From Holosporales bacterium (lineage in GTDB: Bacteria; Pseudomonadota; Alphaproteobacteria; Paracaedibacterales; CANFPP01), in the NCBI GenBank assembly GCA_947449005.1, contig CANFPP010000002.1, positions 30,781-94,780 of the forward strand: 64,000 nt of DNA. The letters are read 5' to 3'. The translations under genes and the position numbers were made by a program. The notes under the pieces are model-generated. The model was not told the origin of the DNA and searched no databases. It was given only the letters and a program-made list of their open reading frames with translations. How positions within the stretch are numbered: position 1 is the first letter of the stretch; the number at the start of each line of letters is the position of its first letter. Of the stretch, positions 36,035 to 45,811 are shown one piece after another.

Positions 36035-36942
36035 TCGGCATTTTCGATCATTGATTGAATTAGTTGAGAAAAATTCATTTTGTTAAACACAGCAATTTCT
36101 GGAACGAGAGAGAGAGGAGTCATACCTGGTTGAGTATTAACCTCTAGAAGATAGAAATCTCCTGTACCGCCGTGTGTATCATCATAGCGAAAATCTGCGC
36201 GTGTTACACCACGACAATTTAAGGCTTTGTGTGCTTTTAAAGCAAGATCTAACGAAGTTTGGTACGCTTTCGGTGAAAGCCTTGCGGGCATGATATGCTC
36301 TGCTTTGCCTGGTGTATATTTTGCTTCATAATCATAAAAACCTGAAAGTGGACAAATTTCAATGGCGCCAATTGCTTGATTATTGATGACAGCAACCTGG
36401 ATTTCTTTGCCAGGAATATATTTTTCAATAAGGATATCATTGCCGTAACACCAATTTTCAATAGCCTTATTATATTCTGTATCATCACAGACAATATAAA
36501 CACCTCTACTTGAACCTTCTCCAACCGGTTTAATAACATAGGGAAATAACATTGGATGTCCCTTTTTTAGATCATCAAAAGTGATGAGCTCCCACTCGGG
36601 TGTTTTAATTCCCTCACTTGCAAAAACTTTACGGGAAAGAATTTTATCCATCGCAATTGCAGAAGAGACAACTCCAGAATGTGTGTAGGGAATGCCAAGA
36701 ATTTCTAAAACACCCTGTATAGTTCCATCTTCACCACCAACGCCATGCAGGGCATTAAAGATAACATCAGGACGAGGCGTAAGGGCATTCAAAAGTGCTT
36801 GTAAGTCTCGACTAACATCAATTGGCAAAACTTCATACCCAAGTTCCTTTAATGATTCAACGACTGCAGCTCCAGACACAAGAGAAACCTCTCGTTCAGA
36901 CGACCATCCACCCATTAAAACTGCAACTCGCTTTGACGTCAT
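36022..36942 (-). CDS. ddl: D-alanine--D-alanine ligase
   Basis: VAVLMGGWSSEREVSLVSG, HGVGGEDGTIQG and the ATP-grasp C-terminus EVNTQPGMT. Confidence 0.95.
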   Translation of the reverse strand: MTSKRVAVLMGGWSSEREVSLVSGAAVVESLKELGYEVLPIDVSRDLQALLNALTPRPDVIFNALHGVGGEDGTIQGVLEILGIPYTHSGVVSSAIAMDKILSRKVFASEGIKTPEWELITFDDLKKGHPMLFPYVIKPVGEGSSRGVYIVCDDTEYNKAIENWCYGNDILIEKYIPGKEIQVAVINNQAIGAIEICPLSGFYDYEAKYTPGKAEHIMPARLSPKAYQTSLDLALKAHKALNCRGVTRADFRYDDTHGGTGDFYLLEVNTQPGMTPLSLVPEIAVFNKMNFSQLIQSMIENAECGL

Positions 36943-37842
36943 TTATTGTTCCCCTAATCTTATTATTTCCCACTCCAGCTGAACGCCTGAAGTTTCTAGA
37001 ACTCGCTTCTGTACTTGAGTTCCTAAATCTTCAAGATCATTACTTTTAGCATTAGCAAGATTGAGAAGAAAATTACAGTGTTTCTCTGATACTTGAGCAT
37101 CGCCAATGCGAAGACCGCGACAGCCGGCAGCATCAATAAGTTCCCACGCTTTCTTATCTTTGGGATTCTTAAAAGTACTCCCTCCTGTTTTCACGCGGAT
37201 GGGTTGCGCCTCTTCTCGAAGAGCCAAGAATTTTGATAAAGTTTCTTCAATCTCATCAATAGGTTTTGCGTCCAAATGAAAGGCTGCTCTTAGCACAATA
37301 GTCTGCTCTGGTAGCTCACTATGACGATATGTCATTTTTAAATCATCAGTTTTTATTTTATAAATTTTTCCAGAATGATCAATGACTTCAATCCAAAGCA
37401 ATGAATCTTTGATTTCTCGATTATAAGCTCCCGCATTCATTGCAATTGCTCCACCGATGGTTCCGGGAATTCCTACCAGAAATTCTAAACCGCTCAGACC
37501 AAGTTCACTGCACTGCATCGCAACTGTACGGTCGAGACAAGCGGCACCAACGATAAGCTCATTATTAGTCGCAGATATTTCTGAAAAGCCCGAGCCCAGC
37601 TTTATCACAATTCCCCTAATACCGCCTGCACGCACCAAGCAGTTCGAACCAGCTCCAAGAATAGTAACTGGCAAATGTGCAGGCTTGTTCTTTAGAAAAT
37701 CAGCTAAATCATCGCTATCACTTGGGCGAAATAAAACATCAGCCGGTCCCCCAACTCGAAACCAAGTGGAAGAGGCTAAGGGGGCATTATGCGTGTAGCG
37801 ACCGCGAACAATTGGCAGTGCATTGGTAGGCGTAGACGTCAC
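36943..37842 (-). CDS. murB: UDP-N-acetylenolpyruvoylglucosamine reductase
   Basis: TWFRVGGPADVLF, ILGAGSNCLV, GGSTFKNP and the dcw context. Confidence 0.95.
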   Translation of the reverse strand: MTSTPTNALPIVRGRYTHNAPLASSTWFRVGGPADVLFRPSDSDDLADFLKNKPAHLPVTILGAGSNCLVRAGGIRGIVIKLGSGFSEISATNNELIVGAACLDRTVAMQCSELGLSGLEFLVGIPGTIGGAIAMNAGAYNREIKDSLLWIEVIDHSGKIYKIKTDDLKMTYRHSELPEQTIVLRAAFHLDAKPIDEIEETLSKFLALREEAQPIRVKTGGSTFKNPKDKKAWELIDAAGCRGLRIGDAQVSEKHCNFLLNLANAKSNDLEDLGTQVQKRVLETSGVQLEWEIIRLGEQ

Positions 37843-39326
37843 CCCAGATTCTCCTGTTGGTGACTAATAGGTTGGTCCCAGAGTTGATCCAGTTGCGCCG
37901 GTAAAGCTGCAGCCCAGTACGTAATGCTTCCTGCGCCAAGGCACAAAACAGTGTCATTCTCTTGAGCAATTCTGCGAATGATATAGGGTAATTCTTTAGT
38001 ATCTTCAATTTCAAAAACTTGATTTATTCCTTGGCTGCGGATTGCTTCAGCCAAATTCTTTGAAGAAATGTTGGGAATTGGCTCTTCTCCAGCACTATAA
38101 ATTGGGGCAACAACGACACTGTCGCATTCTTTAAAACACAGGGAAAACTCTTGGAACAGATCATTTAGACGGCTGTAACGGTGTGGTTGCACAACGGCGA
38201 TAATTTTTCCGTCCGTTGATTGTTTTGCGGCCTCAATAACGGTTTGAATTTCTACAGGATGGTGAGCGTAATCATCAATAATAGTGACGCCACCGCTCAC
38301 ACCTACTTTAGTAAATCGGCGCTTCACACCTTTAAAATTTTTGAAGGCTGTTCTAACAGTTTCATCATCAATCCCGAGCTCTTGAGCAACCGCAATTACT
38401 GATAAAGCATTTTGAATATTATGCTTACCAAGCATGGGAAGTTTTATATCCTTTAAGCGTCTTGGAAGCGCTGTTATACCGCCATTTTTAATTTCTTTTT
38501 GAACGAGGAAAGAATGGTGGTGAAGAGGTTGTATATCAACATCGAAAGTCGAGTATTCAGCAGACATCCTGAGATTAGTTGCACGTACATTCGCTTTTTC
38601 ATCAAAACCATAAGTTAAAATACGGCGATTGCTAATGAGAGGGATTAAAGATTGAACTTCCGGATGATCAAGGCATAAAATACCTAGTCCATAAAAAGGG
38701 GTATTCTCAATGAACTTAAGAAACGAATTTTTTAAGTTTTCAAAATTGCCATAAAAATCCATGTGCTCAGGATCAATGTTGGTGATAATTGCAAGAGTTG
38801 AGGGGAGTTTTACAAAGCTTCCGTCAGATTCATCGGCTTCAACAACAATCCACTCGCCTGTACCAAGGCGAGCATTTGTGTTGTAAGCATTAATAATGCC
38901 TCCATTAACAACTGTTGGATCCATATCTGCTGTGTCGAGGAGAGCCGCAACTAAAGATGTTGTTGTCGTTTTACCATGAGTTCCTGAAATAGCAACTGAT
39001 AGCTTAAGGCGCATTAATTCCGCTAACATTTCAGCTCTTTGGATTACGGGAATCCCAAGGGTTTTTGCAGCAAGAACTTCTGGATTTTCTGGGCTTACAG
39101 CTGAGGAAACGACAACAACCTGTGCATCTTTAATATTCTCTGCTTGGTGGCCAATTGTTATTTGAATCCCGAGGGTTTGTAGACGGCTAATATTCACATT
39201 TTCGGCAATATCGCTGCCTTTAACTTGATAACCTATGTTATGCAGAACTTCCGCAATTCCACTCATTCCAATGCCACCAATACCTACAAAATGTAAATGT
39301 TTAACAGTTTGAGTTGGAATATGCAT
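37839..39326 (-). CDS. murC: UDP-N-acetylmuramate--L-alanine ligase
   Basis: HFVGIGGIGMSGIAEVL, ISGTHGKTTTT and DDYAHHP. Confidence 0.95.
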   Translation of the reverse strand: MHIPTQTVKHLHFVGIGGIGMSGIAEVLHNIGYQVKGSDIAENVNISRLQTLGIQITIGHQAENIKDAQVVVVSSAVSPENPEVLAAKTLGIPVIQRAEMLAELMRLKLSVAISGTHGKTTTTSLVAALLDTADMDPTVVNGGIINAYNTNARLGTGEWIVVEADESDGSFVKLPSTLAIITNIDPEHMDFYGNFENLKNSFLKFIENTPFYGLGILCLDHPEVQSLIPLISNRRILTYGFDEKANVRATNLRMSAEYSTFDVDIQPLHHHSFLVQKEIKNGGITALPRRLKDIKLPMLGKHNIQNALSVIAVAQELGIDDETVRTAFKNFKGVKRRFTKVGVSGGVTIIDDYAHHPVEIQTVIEAAKQSTDGKIIAVVQPHRYSRLNDLFQEFSLCFKECDSVVVAPIYSAGEEPIPNISSKNLAEAIRSQGINQVFEIEDTKELPYIIRRIAQENDTVLCLGAGSITYWAAALPAQLDQLWDQPISHQQENLG

Positions 39327-39370
39327 TGAAGGTACCTTATAAAGAAATGGTTGTGTGTAAGTTTACTTGG

Positions 39371-40453
39371 TTAGATAATATCTGTAATAACATTTACAAG
39401 GTTTGTTGTTGCATTTATCTTGCCAAATTCTTGAATTTTCTTAGCTGCTTTTGAAAGTTCAGTTGAATCTAGCATAAATCCCTCTAAAAGATCTTTCAGA
39501 TTCTCAGCAAAAAAGCATTTTTCTTCCAACATCCAAGCGGCTTTTTCTTCAACAAGAGGAATTGCATTCAAGACTTGATGATTGTCCATAGCCACAGCAT
39601 AGGGTATGAAAAGAACAGGGCGTCCAATTATCGCCAATTCAGCAATTGTCGAGGCTCCTGACCTTGCAATGACAAGATGAGCCTTTTTAATTTTCTCGCC
39701 AATATCGCTGAAAAATGGCTGAACAGTTGCACTAATGTTATTTTGTTTGTAATAACTTTCTGTTGCCTGCAAAAATTCTGGGCGAGATTGTTGATCTATA
39801 TGAATTCGAGATTGCAAATCATTGGATAGCAAAGATATAGCTTTTGGGATGATGTCAGAAAATATTTTTGCACCTTGACTACCCCCAATAACTAAAAGAT
39901 TAAAAGGAGCATTTTTTCCACAAGGAGAGTAGGGGGAATTTGCTAGAGTCAGAATTTCATCTCGAACTGGGTTGCCAGTAACTTGAGTTTTTGATGAGGC
40001 AAATTTAACTTTCGGGAAATGGGTAGCAAGTACGCTAGATCTTTTGATAAGCCAGCGATTAACACGCCCAAGGACAGCATTTTGTTCGTGAATAACTGTC
40101 GGAATTTTAAGGATTTGCCCAGCTAGAAGAGCAGGGGCTGACGGGTATCCACCAAAACCAACAATTGCTGATGGCTTGAGTTTATGAAAATATTTTAAAC
40201 AACGGAATATTGCAAAAAATACGCTTGTTAAAAGCGTTATTTTTCCCCAGAGTCCACTTCCACGTTTAAAGGAGCAGGAAAAGATTTCCCAGTCTTTCGA
40301 ATTTTGAAAAACATTTCCTCGTTTATCTGTAACAAAAATAACTTTAGCATTCTGCCGAGTTAATTCAGTTGCAAGGCTCAAAGCTGGAAAGACATGGCCA
40401 CCCGTGCCCCCTGAAGCTAAAACAATCGTTTGATTCTTTACCGAGCGCATCAT
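39371..40453 (-). CDS. murG: Undecaprenyldiphospho-muramoylpentapeptide beta-N-acetylglucosaminyltransferase
   Basis: LASGGTGGHVFPALSLA and ARSGASTIAELAIIGRPVLFIP. Confidence 0.95.
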   Translation of the reverse strand: MMRSVKNQTIVLASGGTGGHVFPALSLATELTRQNAKVIFVTDKRGNVFQNSKDWEIFSCSFKRGSGLWGKITLLTSVFFAIFRCLKYFHKLKPSAIVGFGGYPSAPALLAGQILKIPTVIHEQNAVLGRVNRWLIKRSSVLATHFPKVKFASSKTQVTGNPVRDEILTLANSPYSPCGKNAPFNLLVIGGSQGAKIFSDIIPKAISLLSNDLQSRIHIDQQSRPEFLQATESYYKQNNISATVQPFFSDIGEKIKKAHLVIARSGASTIAELAIIGRPVLFIPYAVAMDNHQVLNAIPLVEEKAAWMLEEKCFFAENLKDLLEGFMLDSTELSKAAKKIQEFGKINATTNLVNVITDII

Positions 40454-41601
40454 AAAACCTGACTAATGCCGTGACGCCGTCTTGTCAATGCAAGGATCAT
40501 GCCCATGCCCATTCCCAGAGCAAGCATGGATGAACCGCCATAACTGATGAACGGCATGGTCATTCCCTTAGTTGGAATTAGATGCAGAGTTGAAGCCATG
40601 TTCACAAAAGCCTGTAGGCCAAATTGTATGGCAAGTCCAGAGGTTGCAATTGTAATGAATAAGCTATTTTCATTCGTTGCTCGCACTAGCGAGCGTAAAA
40701 CGATAAAGGCAAAAAGTATGACAAGAATTAAACAAAGAATAAGGCCGAATTCTTCACCAGCAACAGAAAATACAAAATCAGAATGCGCATCTGGGACATG
40801 TTTCTTAACGGTGCCTTCACCCGGACCTTTACCAAAAAGCCCTCCATTCATGAAGGCTTCGAGCGATTGATTTATTTGATAGAGATCATGACGTGGATCA
40901 CCTGAGACCGGATCTAGAAATTGGTCAATACGTCTTGCAACGTGAGGAAAAAGGAAATAAGCACCACATAAACCAAGAATGCCACAACCACCTAATATAC
41001 CCATCCATAAGATTGGCATGCCTGCAATAAAGAGCTGAGCAATCCAAGTTGAGACAATTACTAATGTCATACCTAAGTCGGGCTGTAGGAGAAGCAAAAC
41101 GACTAATATGCCGAGAAGAAACAAAGAAATTAATACTCCTGGAAAATGACGATCGCGATATTTTTCCGCCAGCATCCAAGCAACCATTACGGCAAAAACA
41201 GGCTTAATAAACTCTGAAGCTTGTATTGTGGCACCGCCAATGCTAACCCAGCGCCTAGCTCCTTTTATTTCTGTTCCTGTCCATAAAGTCATTACTAAAA
41301 GGATAACACCAGCAATATAAACAAGTGTTGCAAGTCGCCTAATTTGCAAGGGGGACATTAATGAAATTGTAAAAAGAACAAACAACGTTGGTGGAACCAT
41401 AAGAATATGGCGTTTTACAAAAAAGAATGTTCCAAGATTAAGCCTGTCTGCCACTGGAGGACTTGCAGCAAAGCTTAAGAGAACGCCAATGCCAATCATA
41501 ATAGAAATAATAGCGAGACTCCACCTATCGATGGTCCACCACCATCTCCCGATGACACTGGTATCTCTGCGTGTAAATGATTGTGATTGTGGTCTTATCA
41601 T
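40450..41601 (-). CDS. ftsW: Lipid II flippase / peptidoglycan polymerase FtsW (SEDS family)
   Basis: Ten-TM SEDS protein with IQASEFIKP, DFVFSVAGEEFG and PFISYGGSS. Confidence 0.93.
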   Translation of the reverse strand: MIRPQSQSFTRRDTSVIGRWWWTIDRWSLAIISIMIGIGVLLSFAASPPVADRLNLGTFFFVKRHILMVPPTLFVLFTISLMSPLQIRRLATLVYIAGVILLVMTLWTGTEIKGARRWVSIGGATIQASEFIKPVFAVMVAWMLAEKYRDRHFPGVLISLFLLGILVVLLLLQPDLGMTLVIVSTWIAQLFIAGMPILWMGILGGCGILGLCGAYFLFPHVARRIDQFLDPVSGDPRHDLYQINQSLEAFMNGGLFGKGPGEGTVKKHVPDAHSDFVFSVAGEEFGLILCLILVILFAFIVLRSLVRATNENSLFITIATSGLAIQFGLQAFVNMASTLHLIPTKGMTMPFISYGGSSMLALGMGMGMILALTRRRHGISQVL

Positions 41602-41665
41602 GATTTTAGAAACTTACTCTTACTCATAAATGAAAACGCCTATTTTTAAGTCGATCTTAATTCTT

Positions 41666-41807
41666 CTTGATGATCACGCCCCTGTGGTGTTCGCCATGAC
41701 GGCAGTGAGGATTTGCAATTTATCGAAATATTCCAAGCTGTATGGATTGCTTCTCTACGCACATTCATCGCCGTCATGGCGAGCACCGTTGGTGCGTGGC
41801 CATCCAG
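41666..41807. repeat. Inverted pair of R-units (BIME/MITE-like, 142 bp) inside the murD-ftsW spacer
   Basis: cttgatgatcacgcccctgtggtgttcgccatgacggcagtgagga (41666..41711) faces gccgtcatggcgagcaccgttggtgcgtggccatccag (41770..41807) across a 58-bp spacer. Confidence 0.8.
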
Positions 41808-41926
41808 TTAAACAATATCAGAAAAATGCTGAATATTTACGATATTTTAAAAATATTTTCACATTTCAATTTTTATATTAATGTAAACAGTCGAAAAATA
41901 TCAAGGGACTCGTTATCACAATGTTT

Positions 41927-43294
41927 CTAAAGAGAGTTTATTTGTAACTCTCTAACGATTGTGCGAAAAGCTTCGCCTCGCTCCTCAAAGTCTCGGAATT
42001 GGTCAAAGCTTGCACAAGCTGGAGAAAAAAGAATCGTTGCTTTTTTTCTGTTTGTTTTTGCCATTAAATAAGCTTGTTTGACAGCTGTCGCTAAAGTACC
42101 TGAGTACGTAAAAGATGTCTGGCCGACAAGTGATTTGGCAAATCTCTCTTGAGCATCACCGATTAAAAACGCATGAGTAATTTTCTGTAGCTGCTCAGGT
42201 ATTCCATCAATGCCATCTTGCTTGGCTTGTCCGCCTGCAATCCAGTAAATATCTCCTAAGCTTGCATACGTTTCGATTGCTTTGCTGGCCGCATCTGCAT
42301 TTGTAGCTTTGCTATCGTTAATAAAATAAATTTGATCAAGAACTGCAATTGTTTCTTGTCGATGTTTGAGTCCCGGAAAGCTTTGAATGGCGCGGCAGAT
42401 TTCTTCAGAAGAAAGACCTAAATGTGCTGCAACAGCATAAGCAACAGCGGCATTCTGATGATTATGCTTTCCTTGCAAAGTAGGAGCATCTCGTAAATTA
42501 AGCATAGCTGATGGTTGATCGAATCGATTATCAAATAAGACATCATTCTCTACGTAAATAGTTGCCTTTTTCGCTACCGAAACCTGAATAATATTTTTTA
42601 TATCGCCTGCAATCACAAGTTCTTTGTAAACTTGCTCTGAGAAAGGGTCATCTATACCAATGATTGCAAGACGTTCTGGATTTTCGCCCTGAAATATTTT
42701 TCCCTTAGCTTGAATGTAATTTGCAATCGTTTCATGGCGATCTAAATGATCTTCTGTAATATTTAACCAAGCACTAATATCCAAATCAAGATTATTAGAT
42801 AGATCTAGTTGGTATGAAGAAAGTTCTAAAACATAAACGCCATTTTCATCTAGCGTGGGAAGTGACATAACAGGAACGCCTATGTTTCCTCCTAAATGTG
42901 CATCAACTCCACAAAAGCTTAAGATATGGGCGATTAATGTTGTTGTTGTGGATTTACCATTTGTTCCGGTAATGCCAATAAAACGAGCGTTTGGAGCACT
43001 TTGCCGGAGCAAATCAATATCACTTATCACCGGCACTTTATGAGCAATCGCAGCTTTCGTAATTGGATGCGTAAAAGGTATGCCAGGGCTTTGGATCAAC
43101 GCATCAATATGTTTCCAATCGATATGTTGAGGTTCTTGTGTTTGGATATCATCTAGTTTGCGTTTATCTTCTGTATCATCCCAGCCGACAACTTTCGCTT
43201 CATTCGCAACAAGCCATTTAGCTGCTGCTAATCCAGAGCGTGCCAAACCTAAAATAACAAATTGCTTTCCCTGAACAGGATACCATGAAGACAT
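41927..43294 (-). CDS. murD: UDP-N-acetylmuramoylalanine--D-glutamate ligase
   Basis: ILGLARSG, GITGTNGKSTTTTL and NDSKATN. Confidence 0.95.
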   Translation of the reverse strand: MSSWYPVQGKQFVILGLARSGLAAAKWLVANEAKVVGWDDTEDKRKLDDIQTQEPQHIDWKHIDALIQSPGIPFTHPITKAAIAHKVPVISDIDLLRQSAPNARFIGITGTNGKSTTTTLIAHILSFCGVDAHLGGNIGVPVMSLPTLDENGVYVLELSSYQLDLSNNLDLDISAWLNITEDHLDRHETIANYIQAKGKIFQGENPERLAIIGIDDPFSEQVYKELVIAGDIKNIIQVSVAKKATIYVENDVLFDNRFDQPSAMLNLRDAPTLQGKHNHQNAAVAYAVAAHLGLSSEEICRAIQSFPGLKHRQETIAVLDQIYFINDSKATNADAASKAIETYASLGDIYWIAGGQAKQDGIDGIPEQLQKITHAFLIGDAQERFAKSLVGQTSFTYSGTLATAVKQAYLMAKTNRKKATILFSPACASFDQFRDFEERGEAFRTIVRELQINSL

Positions 43295-43299
43295 TGTGA

Positions 43300-44388
43300 C
43301 TACCTTAGTTTAAGTGTTGATAAACCGATTAAGGCTAAGATACTCGCAATAATCCAAAAACGAATAACAATAGTTGGTTCTGCCCAACCTTTTTTTTCGA
43401 AATGGTGATGAATTGGTGCCATTAGGAAAATTCGTTTTCCTGTTAGTTTAAAAGAACAGACTTGAACAATCACAGAAACAGCTTCTAGAACAAATAAGCC
43501 GCCGACAATGGCGAGAACAATTTCGTGCTTAGTAATAACACTTACAATCCCAAGAGCCCCACCAACGGATAGGGATCCTGTGTCGCCCATAAAAACTTTA
43601 GCGGGAGGAGCGTTGAACCACAAAAATCCTAATCCAGAGCCAATTAACGATCCCAAAAAGATAGTTAATTCTCCTGCATGCATAATATGAGGAATTTGCA
43701 AATAATTTGAAAACACGGCATTTCCAACTAAATATGCAATTAAACAAAAACAAGCACTAGCAATCATTACCGGCACAATCGCAAGCCCATCTAACCCATC
43801 TGTTAAATTGACGGAGTTTGAGGCGCCAACAATAACTAAAACTGCCCAAGGATAAAAGAAATAGCCTAAGTTAATGAAATAATCTTTTAAAAAGGGAATT
43901 GCTAATCCATCAGCATGTTTATCTGATGTTACTTGTGTAACCAAATAAGCTGCAATCAGGGAAAGGACGATTTGTCCAAGCAGCTTCATTCTGCCAGACA
44001 TTCCATGATGACTATTGCGTGTTAATTTCAGATAATCATCAAAGGCGCCCAAGCAACCGAATCCCAAAGTAATCATCAAGACAATCCATATAAATGGATT
44101 TCTCCAATCAGTCCATAAAAGAGTGCTCAACGTAATAGCCAATAAAATTAAGCTTCCTCCCATCGTGGGAGTTCCCTTTTTCGTAATTAGATGACTTTCA
44201 GGGCCATCTGTCCTGATCGGTTGTCCAGAAGCTTGCTTGCTCTTTAACCATTTAATTATTGGGCCGCCACAAACAAAACTAATAATTAGAGATGTAAGAA
44301 TCGCGCCACCAGTCCGGAATGTCAGATAGCGAAATAAATTAAAGACGCTCCAGAAATCGCTTAATGGGACTAAAAAATAATAAAGCAT
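43300..44388 (-). CDS. mraY: Phospho-N-acetylmuramoyl-pentapeptide transferase
   Basis: [29 protein letters not shown] and APIHHHFE. Confidence 0.96.
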   Translation of the reverse strand: MLYYFLVPLSDFWSVFNLFRYLTFRTGGAILTSLIISFVCGGPIIKWLKSKQASGQPIRTDGPESHLITKKGTPTMGGSLILLAITLSTLLWTDWRNPFIWIVLMITLGFGCLGAFDDYLKLTRNSHHGMSGRMKLLGQIVLSLIAAYLVTQVTSDKHADGLAIPFLKDYFINLGYFFYPWAVLVIVGASNSVNLTDGLDGLAIVPVMIASACFCLIAYLVGNAVFSNYLQIPHIMHAGELTIFLGSLIGSGLGFLWFNAPPAKVFMGDTGSLSVGGALGIVSVITKHEIVLAIVGGLFVLEAVSVIVQVCSFKLTGKRIFLMAPIHHHFEKKGWAEPTIVIRFWIIASILALIGLSTLKLR

Positions 44389-44394
44389 GCTATT

Positions 44395-45810
44395 TTATGC
44401 TCTTGCTTTTAAGGGTTGAGGATTCGACGTGTTTAATAAGTAATTAGCAATTGTGCTAATTTTACTTGATTTTGAGCCTTTTATAAAGACCGTATCATTG
44501 GCAGCTAAACTATTAATGACATGCGATAATAAGTTTTGAGCTGTTAACTCGCAGGCTCCCTGTACGTGCGAAGGAAGAGCTTCATACAGATGAGTCATTC
44601 CCTCGCCACTTGCAAAAACAAGATCAATTTTAGAAGTCTTAATAACCTCTGCCAGATCTTGATGATACTGCTTGCTGTTAATACCTAGCTCGGCCATTTC
44701 TCCCAAGACAGCAATCCGGCGTCCTGTTGTTTGGATGTTTTTTAAAGAGCTTAATCCAGCTTTCATCGATGTTGGGTTAGCGTTATACGCATCATCAATC
44801 AGCGTTATTGGTTTTCCATCAATTGTAAGCTCATGACGCAGCCCTCTGCCACTCACCGCTGATAATGACGATAAAGCTTGCGTAGCAAGAGTCAAATCTA
44901 ACCCAAAATGCTTACAACAAGCTAAGATAGCAAGTGAATTAAGTGCCAGATGTTCCCCTGCAAAAGAAAGAGGGTATTTTAAAATCTGATCACCAATTTG
45001 AGCTGTTATTAGGCTAGAGTATCCCTGATTCTCTGTTGAATAATCTAGCAAACGAACTGTTGCCTGTTCATGTTTGCCAAAGCTAATAATGTTTTTAACA
45101 CCTGCTTTAATTGCTAGATCAGACAGATAATCATAAAAGGCGTCGTCCCGATTTAAAATTGCAACACCATTTTCTTGCACACTTTTAAAAGCCTCAGCCT
45201 TTTCTTTGGCAATGACTTCCACTGATCCAAGATGGCCAATATGAGCTTCAGCAATTTTAGTAATAATGACAACATCAGGTTTAATTAACGAAGCAAGAGG
45301 CGCAATTTCACCTTCATTGTTCATCCCAATTTCAAAAACACCAAAATTACTATCAGAGCTTAAGTTTGCAAGACTTAAAGGGACTCCCCAATGATTGTTG
45401 TAACTGGCTATTGAATATGTTGTTTTTCCAAATTTTTCTAAAACTTGTCTTAGCAATTCTTTGGTTGTTGTCTTGCCTACACTGCCTGTAATCGCGACAA
45501 CTTTTGCAACCGCTTGTTTGCGTGCGTAGATTGCGAGTTTTTGAAGTGCGTTTAATGTATCATTAACAACGAAACATGGCTTGCTGCCGGAAATCTCGCA
45601 ATCAACGATGACCGCCGCCGCACCCTTAGCAAAAGCACTTTCCACATATTGATGACCATTGCCATTAATTCCCTTAAGAGCGATAAAAATATCATCATTC
45701 TTTAAGGTTCGCGTATCAATCGAGATAGTGTTTGATTCAAAAACAACGGAAGGCGTATCATTTAATTCTAAGGCCTCAGTCAGTGTTGAAGCTGTCCAAA
45801 GTACTGTCAT
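44395..45810 (-). CDS. murF: UDP-N-acetylmuramoyl-tripeptide--D-alanyl-D-alanine ligase
   Basis: ITGSVGKTTTKE, DDAYNANP and LGEMAELG. Confidence 0.95.
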   Translation of the reverse strand: MTVLWTASTLTEALELNDTPSVVFESNTISIDTRTLKNDDIFIALKGINGNGHQYVESAFAKGAAAVIVDCEISGSKPCFVVNDTLNALQKLAIYARKQAVAKVVAITGSVGKTTTKELLRQVLEKFGKTTYSIASYNNHWGVPLSLANLSSDSNFGVFEIGMNNEGEIAPLASLIKPDVVIITKIAEAHIGHLGSVEVIAKEKAEAFKSVQENGVAILNRDDAFYDYLSDLAIKAGVKNIISFGKHEQATVRLLDYSTENQGYSSLITAQIGDQILKYPLSFAGEHLALNSLAILACCKHFGLDLTLATQALSSLSAVSGRGLRHELTIDGKPITLIDDAYNANPTSMKAGLSSLKNIQTTGRRIAVLGEMAELGINSKQYHQDLAEVIKTSKIDLVFASGEGMTHLYEALPSHVQGACELTAQNLLSHVINSLAANDTVFIKGSKSSKISTIANYLLNTSNPQPLKARA

Positions 45811-45811
45811 A

